In this document: one piece after another, positions 50,171 to 63,930 of the stretch
How the letters are laid out: every line of letters starts with the position of its first letter
How positions within the stretch are numbered: the first letter of the stretch is position 1
NCBI GenBank assembly: GCA_012026655.1
Contig: JAAILG010000030.1
Coordinates: 124,001-188,000, forward strand
Length of the DNA: 64,000 nucleotides
Source: Hydrolagus affinis
Lineage: Eukaryota
Direction of reading: 5' to 3'
Position numbers and translations under genes: made by a program
The notes under the pieces: model-generated
Database searches by the model: none
Told to the model about the DNA's origin: nothing
The model's input: only the letters and a program-made list of their open reading frames with translations

Positions 50171-52634
50171 TTCTTGTTATTCCTCACTGTCTATACCAGG
50201 GAGCACATATTTTTAAGATTTTGTGATCTTTTACCAAAAAAGGGAATACTAACGTCATATTATAGAGGTTTCTGCCCAGTCAGCGACTATTTATATTGCA
50301 TATCCCAGCCTAGGTATTGCAATAACGTGGTTTCACTGCACAACGGTATTTTTCATATTAACAATGTAAGACACTTTATAATAGCCTGTATGTTGGAAAT
50401 AGTTTAAACCCTCTAAATTTTCTAATAATGTGCACCTATAGTCTTCAAAATTGTCTCCATAATTCAACAAGGACAATCTGTAGGATTGCTACCTAGTTGG
50501 GCAGCGATCCATTGCTTCACTGTCTCTTTCCTCTGAGTCCTGATAGTTAAAAGTATTTGTGAAAGCATTTACCTGAAACCTAATGTAGCTGTTTAATAAA
50601 GCGACAGGATTTGTCATTGACTGGTAATTACACCACAGAAAATCAATTCAGCTGCTTCTTACTTAAAGGAACTCTACACTTTTCCATTATCCAGCGTAAA
50701 GGAAAATTTTTAATGCATGACTGGCATCCAAAAGGTCACAATCTCTCGACAATCAAATACTTATTGAAGAAAAAGCCAATTAACCCTATCGCCACTTGTC
50801 TTGGTGCGACTTTTTTCCACCAACTATTTGAAGGACTCAACTGCTGTACATAAGGGATATGTGCAGGGGTGATAGCCCTGGCTTGCACTGCTATTGTGTA
50901 ACCTGAGTCACTTCACATTATTACGATTGGAGGTCTGTGTGAGATCAATTTCACACAAATAAAAACCTCAGCATGAATTTTGCTTTTCCACATTTGATTT
51001 ATAAATCAATGGGGGGGGGGAAAAATCATCAGCTGTTATGCGTGCATTTACCGAATCAAAAGGAAATGATCTCTCCAATACTTGGCTCTCTCTCGTAAAA
51101 CAAATACTTGGCCCCCACAGTGATTACATTAATTGGTGTTCCACATGATGATGATGATTGTACTATAAAAAATAAGAAATATCCTACCTTTATCATCCTG
51201 ATCTGATTTCAGGAAATATTTAGATGTGCTTCAGTACCCAATAAAGTCATTCTTCCAATACATTTAAAATGAATGTTAAATTAACAAACTGTTTGAGGAA
51301 CTCTCTCTCTCTATGGATTCGCTAGATTATTGGAGCAATTCTTTACAATATTTGGAGGAGTTTTCGGGGCCACACCCTTTTCACATGAGCCGGCAAATTG
51401 ATTTTGAAATCGGCCTCGAATTTCACCGCAATGGAAAATACAGAGACTTTACCATTAGAACTGCATACCGTAGATAGTTGCGAAAATAAATTCCCATTTC
51501 AAACTGATCTGCCACTATCTTTCCTCCACCCCCGTAATGGCAAGAATCCTCCTTCAACAATCCAGAAAAAAAAATTGCTGATATAATTACATTTTTGTAC
51601 CCGTCTTCTAATTATTTTCACAATTTATTATCAACTGTTTTATTGGCAGCAATCTTTGAGGATATTTTGATGCAATCCTCTTATTTATTTTGGATGATCA
51701 ATTTTCATAAATCCGATGATGTGAAATCATTTTTTGTTTTCATATAAATCCCCACTGAAAAAAATCACACTACAGTCAGAATTCTAATGATGATTATTAC
51801 CAAGAGAAGTTAATGCAACGAAAAACATTATCACAGATAGGCTTCAGAGCATAATCCTTAGATAGCCTTGTATCCTTGTTAGCAACTTCTTTAGCGTGCT
51901 TTCTCAACAGGCACACACATATTTGTCTTGATTTAAATTAAATTAATGCGTTTACAAAGACTGCCAGGGTACAAACATTGGGAGACTTAACACATCCAAT
52001 GTTTTGCGAAGTTGCTCTGATATCTGTGCAGCCCGAAATAATTTCTTTATCAGTTCGGGCATTTCTTTTAACCATGTTTCAGTATTCACAAAGAGCAGGT
52101 GTGTCAGAATAAAAATAAAAGCAGTTAATGAATGGGCCCTTACTTTCACAGTGCGATCATCTGTAATGTGTATGATTGCTTATTGACCACCCTGAGTGAT
52201 TTTCTGGGGATGTGAAATAATTTTTTGTAAAGTAATTTTGACCTACTTATTTGGTATACCAATAGGTTGCCTTTTTCATAAATTTGCAATATAAATGTTT
52301 TTTATAGAAACAATCCATCTTAATTTTTACATATATATAAGAACATAAGAGATGTGTACAATTATTGTACATATTGTAATATGTACAACTATTCCCAATC
52401 ATTCTTATTTTAAAGATTCACATTGTTGATTGGTATCAAACCTTTATTCTTCTGTTTTTCCTTTCCCTACCTATACATCACAAAGACCTTTCAGACTGCG
52501 TCTTGACTTCAATTTACTAAAGTTTAGTTGTTTTTAAAATCAGTCCAAATAGTTTATTCAACCTTTTGATCTTTGAGACGTGAAAAGCGTAATATCAAAT
52601 GGAAGCATTATATTATCATTATTGTTGTTTTTTA

Positions 52635-53290
52635 TCCCCCCGCATCCACGCCATAATCCACTCTGCCTTCACTCACATCCACAACATTGCCCGACTCCGC
52701 CACTACCTCACCCCTCAGGCCGCTGAAACTCTCTTTCATGCCGTCATTACGTTCAGGCTCGACTATGCCAAGGCCCTGCTTTTCGGCCTCTCCAACTCCC
52801 CCTGCACAGGCTGCAGATCATCCAGAACTCTGCAGCCCATGTCCTCTCCCACATCAAGCTCCACAAGCCCACCTTCCCCCATTCCATTGGCTTCCCATCA
52901 TTCAAGATCCTGGTCCTCACCTTTAAAGTCCTAACCCACCCTACCTCTGCAACCTCCTAACCCCCTACTAACCTGTCCACTCCCTCCGCTCAGTTGGCTC
53001 CAGCTTCTCTATGTCCCCCAACCCACCCGCCTCACCATTGGCAGGCAAGCCTTCAGCCACTCTGCCCCCAACCTTTGGAATTCATTCCGCAATCCCTCCG
53101 CCTCACCCCTTCCCTAATCTCCTTCAAATCCTGCCTCAAAACTCTCCTTTTTGACCATGCCATTGGTCACCTCCCTTCCCTCCACCATTCCAGATCCCAA
53201 TCCCTGCTTGGGTCTGAAACACTGATTGTCCAGCGCCTTAGGACATCCACCCGATGTGAAAGACGCTATAGAAATGTAATTTTGTTGGCG
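52635..53290 (+). mobile_element. L2-clade LINE 3' ~650 bp (frameshifted ORF2 end, 3' UTR, tail)
   Basis: HIHNIARLRHYLTPQAAETLFHAVITFRLDYAKALLFGL; LPPFHWLP; SFKSCLKTLLFDHA; tail tgtgaaagacgctatagaaatgtaa. Confidence 0.88.
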
Positions 53291-56200
53291 TTGTTTAAAT
53301 ATCTGGTGGGATTAATAATCCTTGGATTTAATTCAGTCAATGCAGCTAAATACCTAAGCTTGCTTTTGTATGGAGAGTCCCTAATAGTGAGAGCATTTCC
53401 ACATTGCCATGTTAAACTTGGCTGCACCAAACCCAGGTTTCAAAACCAAATTGTTGCCTTTCACATGAATACCTTCAGGATAAATTGACCTAGTGTTAAT
53501 GGATTTGTGGTCTTTAGTGGGCAAAAATTCAGCTAAAGTGGCTATGCATTTATCCTCATGTGACCACAGTCATGGTTTCAATCTTTCGCCGTGGCTGATT
53601 TTTTAGCTGGCCTAACAATCTGCATTGTGAGTTACATCAGTGCTCAGCTAACTACAGCTGCATTTAGTGCATTCAGCCTCAGGGAGAAAAGTGACACTTC
53701 ATCTGTCTCACCCTGCAGTAAGTGCAACTTCATTTGGCTAAATCACGGAGAAGCAGCGGTGTTGAAAATCAAAGACCAATTTGTGACCTTGTTCACCTGC
53801 CGGATGGCTTGTGGGAAAGAATGGTTTTCCCGAGTAGGGGTGGGGGGGAGGGTGTGGGGGGAGGGGGAGCAGGGTATATAAGAAAGAATGGCAAAATAAA
53901 ATCTAAATCTGCAACCTGCCAGTGTAAACCCTACAGGATTTGAGCGAGCTTTCATTTCATTTCCCACTTCTCCTCACTAATCTTTGATTAGTTCAGAATG
54001 ACTAATGATTTCCTTTTTTTTGTCCTGAAATGTGCATCTGGCAGGCAGCCGTGCTATAAAATGCTGACTCTGACCCACCAGAGCATGCATAAGCTTGCAA
54101 TTAAAGTGCATCTGACCTGCTTTTAATGTATTGTCTTATTATTTTAAATTAAGAATTGTAGATTTGTTATTGTCCCACCAGAGATGGTCGGAAACATCAG
54201 AACCGTGGCAGAGAGTACAGATTCAAATCTTTGTTCTGTAATTAATGCATTTTTATTAACTGTCATTATAATCCTTGGATCTGTGAAACTAAACAACAGA
54301 GTATTTCATCTCATCTGAATTAAACCCCTTTGAAGTAAAAATCGAGGCAATTTTCTTCCTCAGAAATCCACACCTGCTTTGCTAAATTACCATATTTTAA
54401 TAGAAATGTGTAGATTTTACATTGTAAAAAGAAGGCTGCACTGTCCCCAGATGTTTGGGTTAAAGAGTTGTCCTCATTAATTTTTAGCCCATACAGATGG
54501 GGCTCTTATTGATTGGACGCTCTGTTTATTTAGGATTAAAATGAAATATTTATTTGGCGTGCTTTTTCAAGCATAGTTTTTTTTCTTTCTCGTTTTTGTG
54601 TTGAAGTTAGTTAACGGAAAATGACATTGATGAGATTTTTGCTTCAAAACCTGACACTTTGGAAAACTTGGCTATCTCCTTAGGAAGTAGTTTATTAGGT
54701 TCGCACTGATGATCGAGTGCAGGCTTAATGCAGCATGGCAAAGGTGCTTTGGACGGCAGACTTTTATGTTGGACCGTGTTAAATTGCTGAATATTTTGGC
54801 GTGGCAGCAGCTCCACGTTCCAGTGAAGGTTTGACGGAGTTTGGGAGATTAATGCTACAGCAAAAAAATATATATCATACAGGATTTACAAAAATCTCTG
54901 CCATGATCTGAACCTATTTCCACTACATTGATGGTCCCTAAACTGGTCAGAACTAGTATCCAGGTTGGTATAAAACTGTTTTCTCCTTTTCTTCAAGTGT
55001 TATTCCATTCCCAGGTCGAGCAGGAAAGTACCAGCAAGGCTTCATGGCCTTTGCCAACATAACGTCTGATTTTACTCCTATAGGAATGGGATGAACAATT
55101 CAACATGGAGGGGAATCTAGCCAACTGATGTTTCGCAAATACTTAATTATAATGTAAGAAACTAGCATACATTCTCATCAATGACAAATTCCTTCCATGT
55201 ATTCCCCTAGTATTGGTTCTGTTTCCATTCATTTCTCTTTGGTCTCTTTAACCTAGCATCACCCCTTCCCCAGCCATGCTGCACGGCTGCCTGCAGCAAT
55301 CTTGTGAACAGTTACATTGCTTTCCTGTGAATTGTAATTGATACAGTTGATAAACCTCAATGAAACGTGAGAGACCAATGTTAAATTCATCAATATAAAA
55401 ACAGACCAGCTTTATAATAACCCTTCCTTGCATTAGATATATCATGTCTTCGAGATGCCTTAAAGCGCGTCACAGAATATATAAAATACTGTAAAGTGAA
55501 TTGACTATATATTGTGTGGGCGAAATGCGCCAACAACAGTGTGGTGAGTGGTGTCCAGGACCTAGCTTGTACAGGCTCTTTCATTTTCACAGGGTTTTTT
55601 TTTTGCTGCTAATGTGCTGGTTTGACAGCTGGTTGTGTTGCTGGGCTCTATTCAGGCCTCGGGTCAAGGATTTTCGAGGCTGGCTTGCTGTTAGAGGTCC
55701 ATTCGGAACCACTGCGAGAGCCGTGTACCAGGAACGCAAGTCAGTCCATGCCCCGACGGCTAACTGATCACTTCTGACAAGTTTGAAGATGAACATTTGA
55801 ATCTTCATTGCAAGACTTGTTACCTTATTAGTTAAATGTCAGACATTTCAGCTCTTCTTCTAAACTCTGAATGTTCTCTGCACTGCTCCATTGTTACTGT
55901 GAGATTTAAATGTCAGACATTTCACCTCTTTTTGAGACCTGAATCTGCTCCACGTCATTTTTGTTTCGCTCTTCCTGAAAACAGAATACAGTATCTGGAA
56001 CAAACTCCTACTGACTTGCCCTGTTGAAGGGGCCAAATGAAAAATAGGCAATTTCAGCAGAAATAAAGCAATATTTATAGGTGCTATATTTTCCATTTAA
56101 GAAAGTGGGCGTATATCCACAAAATATACAGTCAGTTCACTTTACAATATACCTGTGAAGCACTTTGAGACTTCTCGAAGATGTGATAAGACGCTATGAT

Positions 56201-58859
56201 CAAATGCAAGGATAATTATTATCTTTAAATTTGACCAAAAGTCGTGTGAAAAAAAATCGACGTGTTTACCATAACAGTACGCTTTCATGCCTTACATTTC
56301 TTCTGACTGTCATATCACCTATACAGTATTTACCAACCTAAATTGGTATCTGAATGTTTACCACAAGCTGATTAGAGGTCCATTAGGCAACGTTTATGTT
56401 ACTTAGTTATAATGAGAAATCAGGATTGTTCTGACATTTCAGCTATTTCACTGTCCAAAATGGTCTGAGAACACTGACCACACCATGGCAAAAGTGTGTG
56501 AACAGTGAACTAGTTTCACTGCACAGCTAGCATTGACTCAGTGGTAAACTAAAAGTTCTGCATAATTCAAGCACCCGTCTCAAAATCAAATCAATGCATT
56601 TGACTGCAGATGAAACCAAACGATTTGAAGTACGTTTAAAACCATTAGAGCGCTTAATAGTGGCGGAGCCTGACTCCGAGCCAGTGGGGGCAGTGGCGTA
56701 AGTAATATTGGATCACACCAGAAGTACAAATATGGAATAATTGAAATGTAAAACCTTTCTTGCTTGCCAATTGGTTAGCCTCACTATTTTAAGTTGCCTC
56801 GATTAACAACTAAATGTAAGCAATTGTTCATTATTTATTTGCAATATTGGATTTTTAAAATATATATATTTAAGCAAACCCTATGTTTACAAATCATACA
56901 CCACAGAAAACAACCCCTCAGTTTCACTGACTGCTTAAGAAGGTTATCAGGGCATTCATAATGGGTTATCACTCTGTGCATGGAAGAGATTATCAGACTT
57001 CGAAAATGAGACTTAAGTAGATAAAACATTCATCACAAGCTAAGTGTACCGCAATCAGCTTTTTTTTAAAAAATCAGTTATTGATCAACAGTGTATTGAT
57101 TCACAGTTCTTCACATTGATTCTTCACACTATTAACTCCATAAAATATCATTGCCCGTTTCTGCTAATTTTGCTTAAAGTAAATCTTAAACACTTTAATT
57201 TAATACTTTAAAATTCAGAACTACCCTCAAACAAAAGGAAATATGTCTCATTGGCATTTTGCGTTGCACTCCAGATGCAGATAAATATTTTCATTCTACT
57301 AAACAACTGTCTTTGCATATCTGCTACTTGAGTTTCCCCCTCTTGGATACTTTTCTGTTAAATGTTCCGTGAAACTTTCAGATGGTGTTGCTTGGCAACA
57401 GTGTGATAGACCTTCTTTACCCTCTGAAGATTGAAGAAATAAGCAGTTTAAAGTATATTTGCAGGAGAATCGAATTGACTCTGTAACCAATGTGTACCTT
57501 TAGGCACCAGATGAGTTTAAAGCCAGAAAAATTTAATATTACTTTTCTGACACTTACCTCGTTGCTGTTGTAAATAGTTTGGGTGAATCACAGTGAGAAG
57601 CTGCAACAGGAACTGTGTCCGTTTTTGAATGGATTCTGTTTGATAATAATAATCATTGTATTTGATATAGTGCCTAATCACCCCATGGAAACGTTTCAAA
57701 GCATTTCACAGTATATATTATAAAGGTGGTGTACTTTATGTGTACTTTATGTATTTGCACATCAGTAGACAGTACTATACTTTCTTTCTTTTTTTTTTAC
57801 TAATTATTGCACATGCAGTATTGCCTTAATCTATTTTACTTGAGCATAAATTGAAGACAGCAAAATGAGAAAACATTAACAAACACTTCTCCTCTAGCCC
57901 CCATCCCTAATAAAATAAAACTGTCTTTAGATTACCTGATATTCTCAAATGACACTCGACTAGTTGGCAGCCAAAACTTCCAGCTCAAAATATTACATAA
58001 TATTGAATTTAATTTTCTCCACTCATTTAGATAAAGCATCTTTGGCTATAGTTCAATTCTACGCAGTATTTTTGACTCATTGTCATATTTTGATTATTCT
58101 GATGGAACAAGTATACTGGTGGAACTAATTTAAAAAGTCAAAATAATGCAAGATTTAATTTAATGCCAGAGCTCTCCATTTTTGTAAATATAGAACGTAC
58201 ATTCTGTTTCATAGTTTAAGTAAATGGTAATTCAATAATGTTCCAGGAACAAAAACTCAATAATGCAGTAATAGGTCACTGCAGTTAAAACTCTTAACTC
58301 TCGCCACTTTTATTAGCTCCGATTTCAACATGGAATCCTGTTGCTTAATTCACTGCAGGCTGTTCAATTTATAGAGTAAACAAATTTAGTAGCTGTGCTT
58401 TCAAACTGTATTTGCAAAATTCATTTTGACATAATTGTAAGGATCTAAATCTGAAATGCAAATTGTTTTGCACCATTATCTTATATGTGACGGGATAATT
58501 TTAGGTTACATAAAGAAAGTACAGGAGCCAAATAGGACAATGATTTACAGGGTTATTTGCCCGATAACTGATTATACCAGCTCAATCTTGGTAAACAAGG
58601 AAGTATTTATTATGAACGTTTCGGAGAAGGTGGTGTGTTATATAAGGGGATACAGCCTTGTAACTCAAGAAGAAAAACTAACAAATAACCAGAACCTCTC
58701 AGCGTGTACTGCACAGAAAAAATAATATAGTATTTTTTAAATATTAAAATTCATTTAAATCATAATCCCAGCATTTGATATACGGCTTTTCGTGTTAGGA
58801 TGATATCTTAAAGCGCTTCACAGGTTTTACTGTGCAGCACAGCTAACACAGCACTACTA

Positions 58860-59210
58860 ATATTGATGATCCTCGCATTTGATATAGCGTCTCTCTCCAA
58901 CTTGTCGAGACATCTCAAAGACTTTTTTCACAGGAACATACTATCAAGTGGCTTAACTGAATTTTGTGGGCAAAATGGCAACGACCGTACATAATTTGTC
59001 AGCAATTTGTAGCACAGCAATGTCCCGCAAACAACCATGAATGACCAATTTAATCTGGGGTATTATTGGCCAGAGCAGAGAAATTCCCTTCTCTTTTCGA
59101 ATAAGGTCATGGGATCTTCAACGTCCACTTGAATTAGCAGATGGGACTTAACGTTCAGAGGAGCTCACTGAACCTCCCAGCACTGCTTTGGAGTGTCAGC
59201 CTAGACAATG
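58860..59210 (-). mobile_element. Old DeuSINE
   Basis: tattggccagagcagagaaattcccttctcttttcgaataaggtcatgggatcttcaacgtccac; ...gagtgtcagcctagac. Confidence 0.7.
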
Positions 59211-62200
59211 TGAGTCCAAAGCAGCAGAATCAAGAGGTGGATAGCTTTGTGCCACCATACTGTACTGGATCAGGAGTCAGTGAGGAGATGAATGCAAAAA
59301 AAAAACGCATTGTATAATTTGGGGGAAAAGAAAAGAGAAAAATGAAGGGGGAAAGGGGAAGTGAGGAAAAATAAACTGGAAGGATTGTGTTATCGCTAAA
59401 AAAAAAATATCCAGTTGTATGTGGTGGCACCCATGATGGGGGGGAGGTGTGGGAACATACATCATCCTGCACACAAGTGTTGTACAAGATAGAAATATAA
59501 TGAGCCACTTTTTTTTTAAAAAAATGGTTTGGTATCGTTAGTCAACTTTTGCTAATAATACATGTAACTAGTTTGTTATTTATAGCAATTTTAGACAAAA
59601 ATTGTACAATATATAGAACATTTCCATATTTCTCAATTAACCAGGTGTATTTCTTGTGATCTGCAAGAAACCTGAAAGGATTATCAAGTCATAATAGTAC
59701 GGTACTATTTGGTATTCTTTTGGTTTCTGCTTGGTAGTTCGCTCTACTTCACAACACAACCCACACTCATTTCACCAACTACCAATCCAAACTGACAGAA
59801 ATCTTCTACCCTGCCTCAGTTGATCCCCCTGCTCGGAAGCGACACTAAAGCTTCTCCTACTTCCTTCTCTTCCTCTCCCCCCCACCCCCCACCCCACACC
59901 CACCTCCCCATTTTTCCTTCAGATGTCATTCTGCCTAAACACTTTCCATAGGGACCCCACCATCAACGTGCCATTCACTGGAAATCTCGATCGTACAGTG
60001 CCAGCATTTACAGGGTTAATCCGAAACCTTCCCTGCACGATTGTCATCAGTAAGTAATTAAGTTCGTTGGACTGTGACCTTCGAAATCACAGCGGAAAAG
60101 TGAGAGACAATTAGAAGAGCCCATGACAAAAGGCTATAAATTAAAGTCCTGCAAACATGACACTGATTTATGGACTGCAGTTATATCCTTTAGTTCTTCA
60201 GAAGTGGATATTTCTCTGTAAGAAATATGAAGAATTCAGGTCCTTTCCTCTCTCTTTTTCTCTCTGGCTACTACCTCTCTCTCTCTCCCACCCAATCTTA
60301 TAGCATTCAATCTGAAAACATTTGTCATCCGACTCTATGAAAAACGCGCAAAAAAAATTCCCCTTCGTAGGAAACACTGATGAGAGACCAATGTCTCGTG
60401 CTGATGGCATACATTTTAAACTAGCCAGCGTATTTTATTGAGCAGACTCTCATCAAGGATCAAAAAAATCGCGCCAATAAAACACTCGACTTTACTGACA
60501 ATTTACAGTCAATTCACTTTACGGTATATTCTGTGAAGCTCTTTGAGACGTCTCGAAGACGTTATAAAGTGGTATATCAAATGCAAGGATTGTTATATTA
60601 TAACTCTCGTTGGAAGAAATGGGCATTTATCTTCCCTACTCCATCCAGCCTCTCTTCCATTTATTTCTTGCATTTATTTCGAATACATTGTCGTGCGTTT
60701 CATTTACCGTTTCCTTTTGAATTTGTCCTCAAACATTTTTTCCATTTTGGTCAATTTGGTCAATGACTCTGACAAGGAGAGGAGACAATAAAACCAACTG
60801 TGCAAAAATCAAACTTTTAACACTCAAGCAATGAACTGCGTGGTGGAGTGGCGGGAACATAGTGGAGTGGAGTGGGAAAAAAAAGATTTTAACGCATGTT
60901 CTCCGTCCAAAAAAAACACAGAATCGTTGAAGCTTTTAGTCCTATTAAGAAATATATATATATTTTTTTTAAATATAGGTAAATGACCTAGACCTCAGGC
61001 AGTGACCAGGAGTCATTGCATTGATTGCAAGACAAGGAATTGTAATTGCAGTTACAGGGCTCGGAATCAGATGCATGGTTTTGCGGTCACGTAACAGGCA
61101 TGCAATTTTATAGGAGTGCAAGACGAGCTGATTACTCCAGTCAAATCGCACACTCATCACACTCGGTGGAAATAAACTGCTGTTCTTGCACCCTAGTCAT
61201 AATGGTTTGTCTATTTCACTCTCATTAATAGTCGTCTAATGTTTAGGAACATTAGGATGCCATTGATGACACCCATGAAGGATGCCATAGCAACAATAGC
61301 AATCAAAAGTAACAGTGGCGCTACGCATACGAATGTGTTAAAATTTGCTAATCTTCCATTCCATGCGGAAATTACATCTCAGCGTATTATTTCACAACAA
61401 AATCCCATTTACATGTGTCACACTGTTCATCAGATTTTGCAGATGGATTGTTCCTTGTTGATTTAAATCAAATTAATTTGACGTGTCAGATTATCCTGGA
61501 ATGCAAATACGCAAATGTTTGATACACTGATGTGAATATCGGGAGTTTGTAGAATTATTTTAACGAAAACTTGCTCGTCTCATTTCAAGGTACATATAGC
61601 AAATTATCATTGGCTTGCTTTTTGGGGGGTGGGTAGGGGAGGCGGTGCTGTGGAACTTTCAAACTGTCTCAGTCACTGCCTTTGGTTGAAGTTCAAGGTG
61701 GGGGAGATCACGGTAACCTCTTAACAGCGCCTTGGGAGACGTCCTCCTGATGTGAAAGGCACTGTACAGTGTAATTTTGTTGTTGTTATTTTTATGGTTG
61801 TGGGTGGGTGAGGTGAACATTTGTTCTACTGGCCAATATTAATTTGTATCTAGCGGCCAAGGAAAACAAAACACAACTTCTTTTGCGGTTGCCGTGAAAT
61901 CCACCCTGCAGAGTAAACAGGACAAATACTTCAGCATTAAAACCTCTTATAGATAGATATTTACAGCTGATTCTCACAGAAGCGTCTGTAACACGAAGGG
62001 GGTATAAATGCACCCAATGGCAGACAGATAATCCATTAACACACACAATCAGGGAATCAAAATGATTATCTTCCTCAGACACCCAACGTAATTTTGCTAA
62101 CAGAAAAGCTATCCACGATTGACGAGGCGTGCAAAAGGATAGTAATTTGATTCCACCCATTTTTTGAAAGGAACAGGTTTGTGTTCATGCTTTGTTTGCT

Positions 62201-63244
62201 GGTAACTTCTAGTCCCCTCGGGATTAATCTTAGTTTGGGCAGATTCATGCTGAAGACAAACTCATCCTAATCACAATCATGAATCAGCTGAAACCTCATT
62301 TAGTCTTTGCCATCCTCTGTGCAGGGCCACTAGAACTTTGATGAAGATGGCCTACATTTTAAGTTTAGGACATTGGTTTGTTTGGTACTTATTCATCGAT
62401 GCTCATCTTGTATTCTAATACCAACTTTTAGCAATTTGAGCCTCTCCGCAGCTTTTAATCAAAGAAGCTTTGATTGCACATTATGATTAGTTCATTGCAT
62501 TGCCAAGTGTACGATCAGTTTCCTTGGACTTTTATGTGATGATCAGCACTGTTGCAATTCTTTACTTCAGGAGAAGAAACAAGGCAGATAGTTACCAACC
62601 CTTGACAAATGGCTCTAAGATGTCACTAAGGAATCCGTTATGGAAAGCTCAAAGTGGAGGGACATCTTTACATAACTGTTACAGTATAGTTTGCACCATC
62701 TCTTACAGTACAGGGTGATTACAGATGCAGAGTAATTATATTGCATTGCAGTCAACAGCAGAATTTCATTGGTAAAATAAAAATGAATGATCCATGGCCC
62801 CGGGAGGATCACTAATTAAGTACAACTTTCGTGACGTATGATGGGGTAGTCAATCCCACACGTTTCAAAGAGACAGTGTCTTCAGGAGGGAGGAGAAAGA
62901 GTGAAAACAACAATGGTATCTCACATTTTATCTGCAGGAGAAAAACGCAGGGAGACACGTCCTTAAAGAAAAAAAAATCTTTCAGAGTAAGAGCTAGTTG
63001 CTGATCTGGAAACTAATAAGATAAAAAAAGGATGAACTGATCCAAATTTATTGGCCCTGATCAGCCAGAACACCACTGTAATCAACATAGAGCATGTCAA
63101 GAAAAGATGTTTCAATCAGAATTTTCTATTTGAAGTCGTTTTTTTTTAAGAGATCTAACAGTCAGCGGCAGCCAATTTCTGTAGCTAACCGAAGGGCTAA
63201 CAACTGGTGATTAACATTTCAGCGCTCTCTGGATCAAAAGAAAG

Positions 63245-63599
63245 AATAAACTTGCATTTTTATAGGACCTCATCGCGATTCAATGTCTCGAAAGTATTAC
63301 ACAGGCAATTACTGTCCCAGTATAGTGACTGCTAGCAAGGCACCCGTATGTGCACGAGCAAGGTCCCATAAAGCGGACATGAGGTGAAAGACAATTAATT
63401 GTTGCCATGGACAGACTCCCTTCTTGTTTTGAATAGGGCATTTGACCTATTCACTACCAGTTTAACATCTCATCAAACAACAATACAGTACAGTTCTCCT
63501 CCAGTACTGTAAAGGAATGTTAGCCTGGACTGAAAACTCCAGTCCCAACTGGGGCTGGAGTGTTCTGACCCAGAGATGTGAGTGCTACCAGCTGAATCA
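63245..63599 (-). mobile_element. Old DeuSINE whose head is interrupted by a young SINE (rest at 63931-63945)
   Basis: Tail cttgcatttttatagg; core gactcccttcttgttttgaatagggc; head ttctgacccagagatgtgagtgctaccagctg. Confidence 0.65.
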
Positions 63600-63605
63600 G
63601 CTACC

Positions 63606-63930
63606 AGCTCCTGTAGCTCAGTGGTTAGAGCACTCGCCTTACAAGTGTGAGACCTGTGTTCGAATCCAGGCAGATCAGGGCAAAACCTTAGGCAATTTCC
63701 TTACTCCACACGCCTAATAATAATCCGTCAAAAAAAAACCACATAATAATAAAATCGGTCATTTCAATCCACGACTGTTTGTGGGACGCTGCTATGTACA
63801 ATTGTCTGCCGCGATTCGCCCACAAATATACAGTCAATTCACTTTGCAGTATATTCTGTGAAGCGCTTTAAGTCATCGATAAGAAGTGAAAAGCGCTATA
63901 TCAAATGCAAGGATTATCATTATTATTATT
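63606..63930 (+). mobile_element. Young full-length SINE
   Basis: A box tagctcagtgg, B box gttcgaatcc, Deu-like core, L2-type tail and (ATT)n. Confidence 0.9.

Noticed and set aside
50595-50600. AATAAA as the gene's polyadenylation signal
   Set aside because: The hexamer is frequent in this AT-rich DNA and the last exon is uncertain
52599-53488. Functional protein-coding ORFs
   Set aside because: Frameshifted L2 ORF2 remnant
56680-56700. CTCF-like motif ccagtgggggcagt (also ccaccagagatggtc near 54176)
   Set aside because: Core spacing is off by one base; poor match
63606-63680. tRNA-Val(TAC) gene (also heads near 28470, 33500, 40650, 45237)
   Set aside because: Incomplete acceptor stem, always joined to a SINE body and tail, and multi-copy with divergence: SINE heads, not tRNA genes
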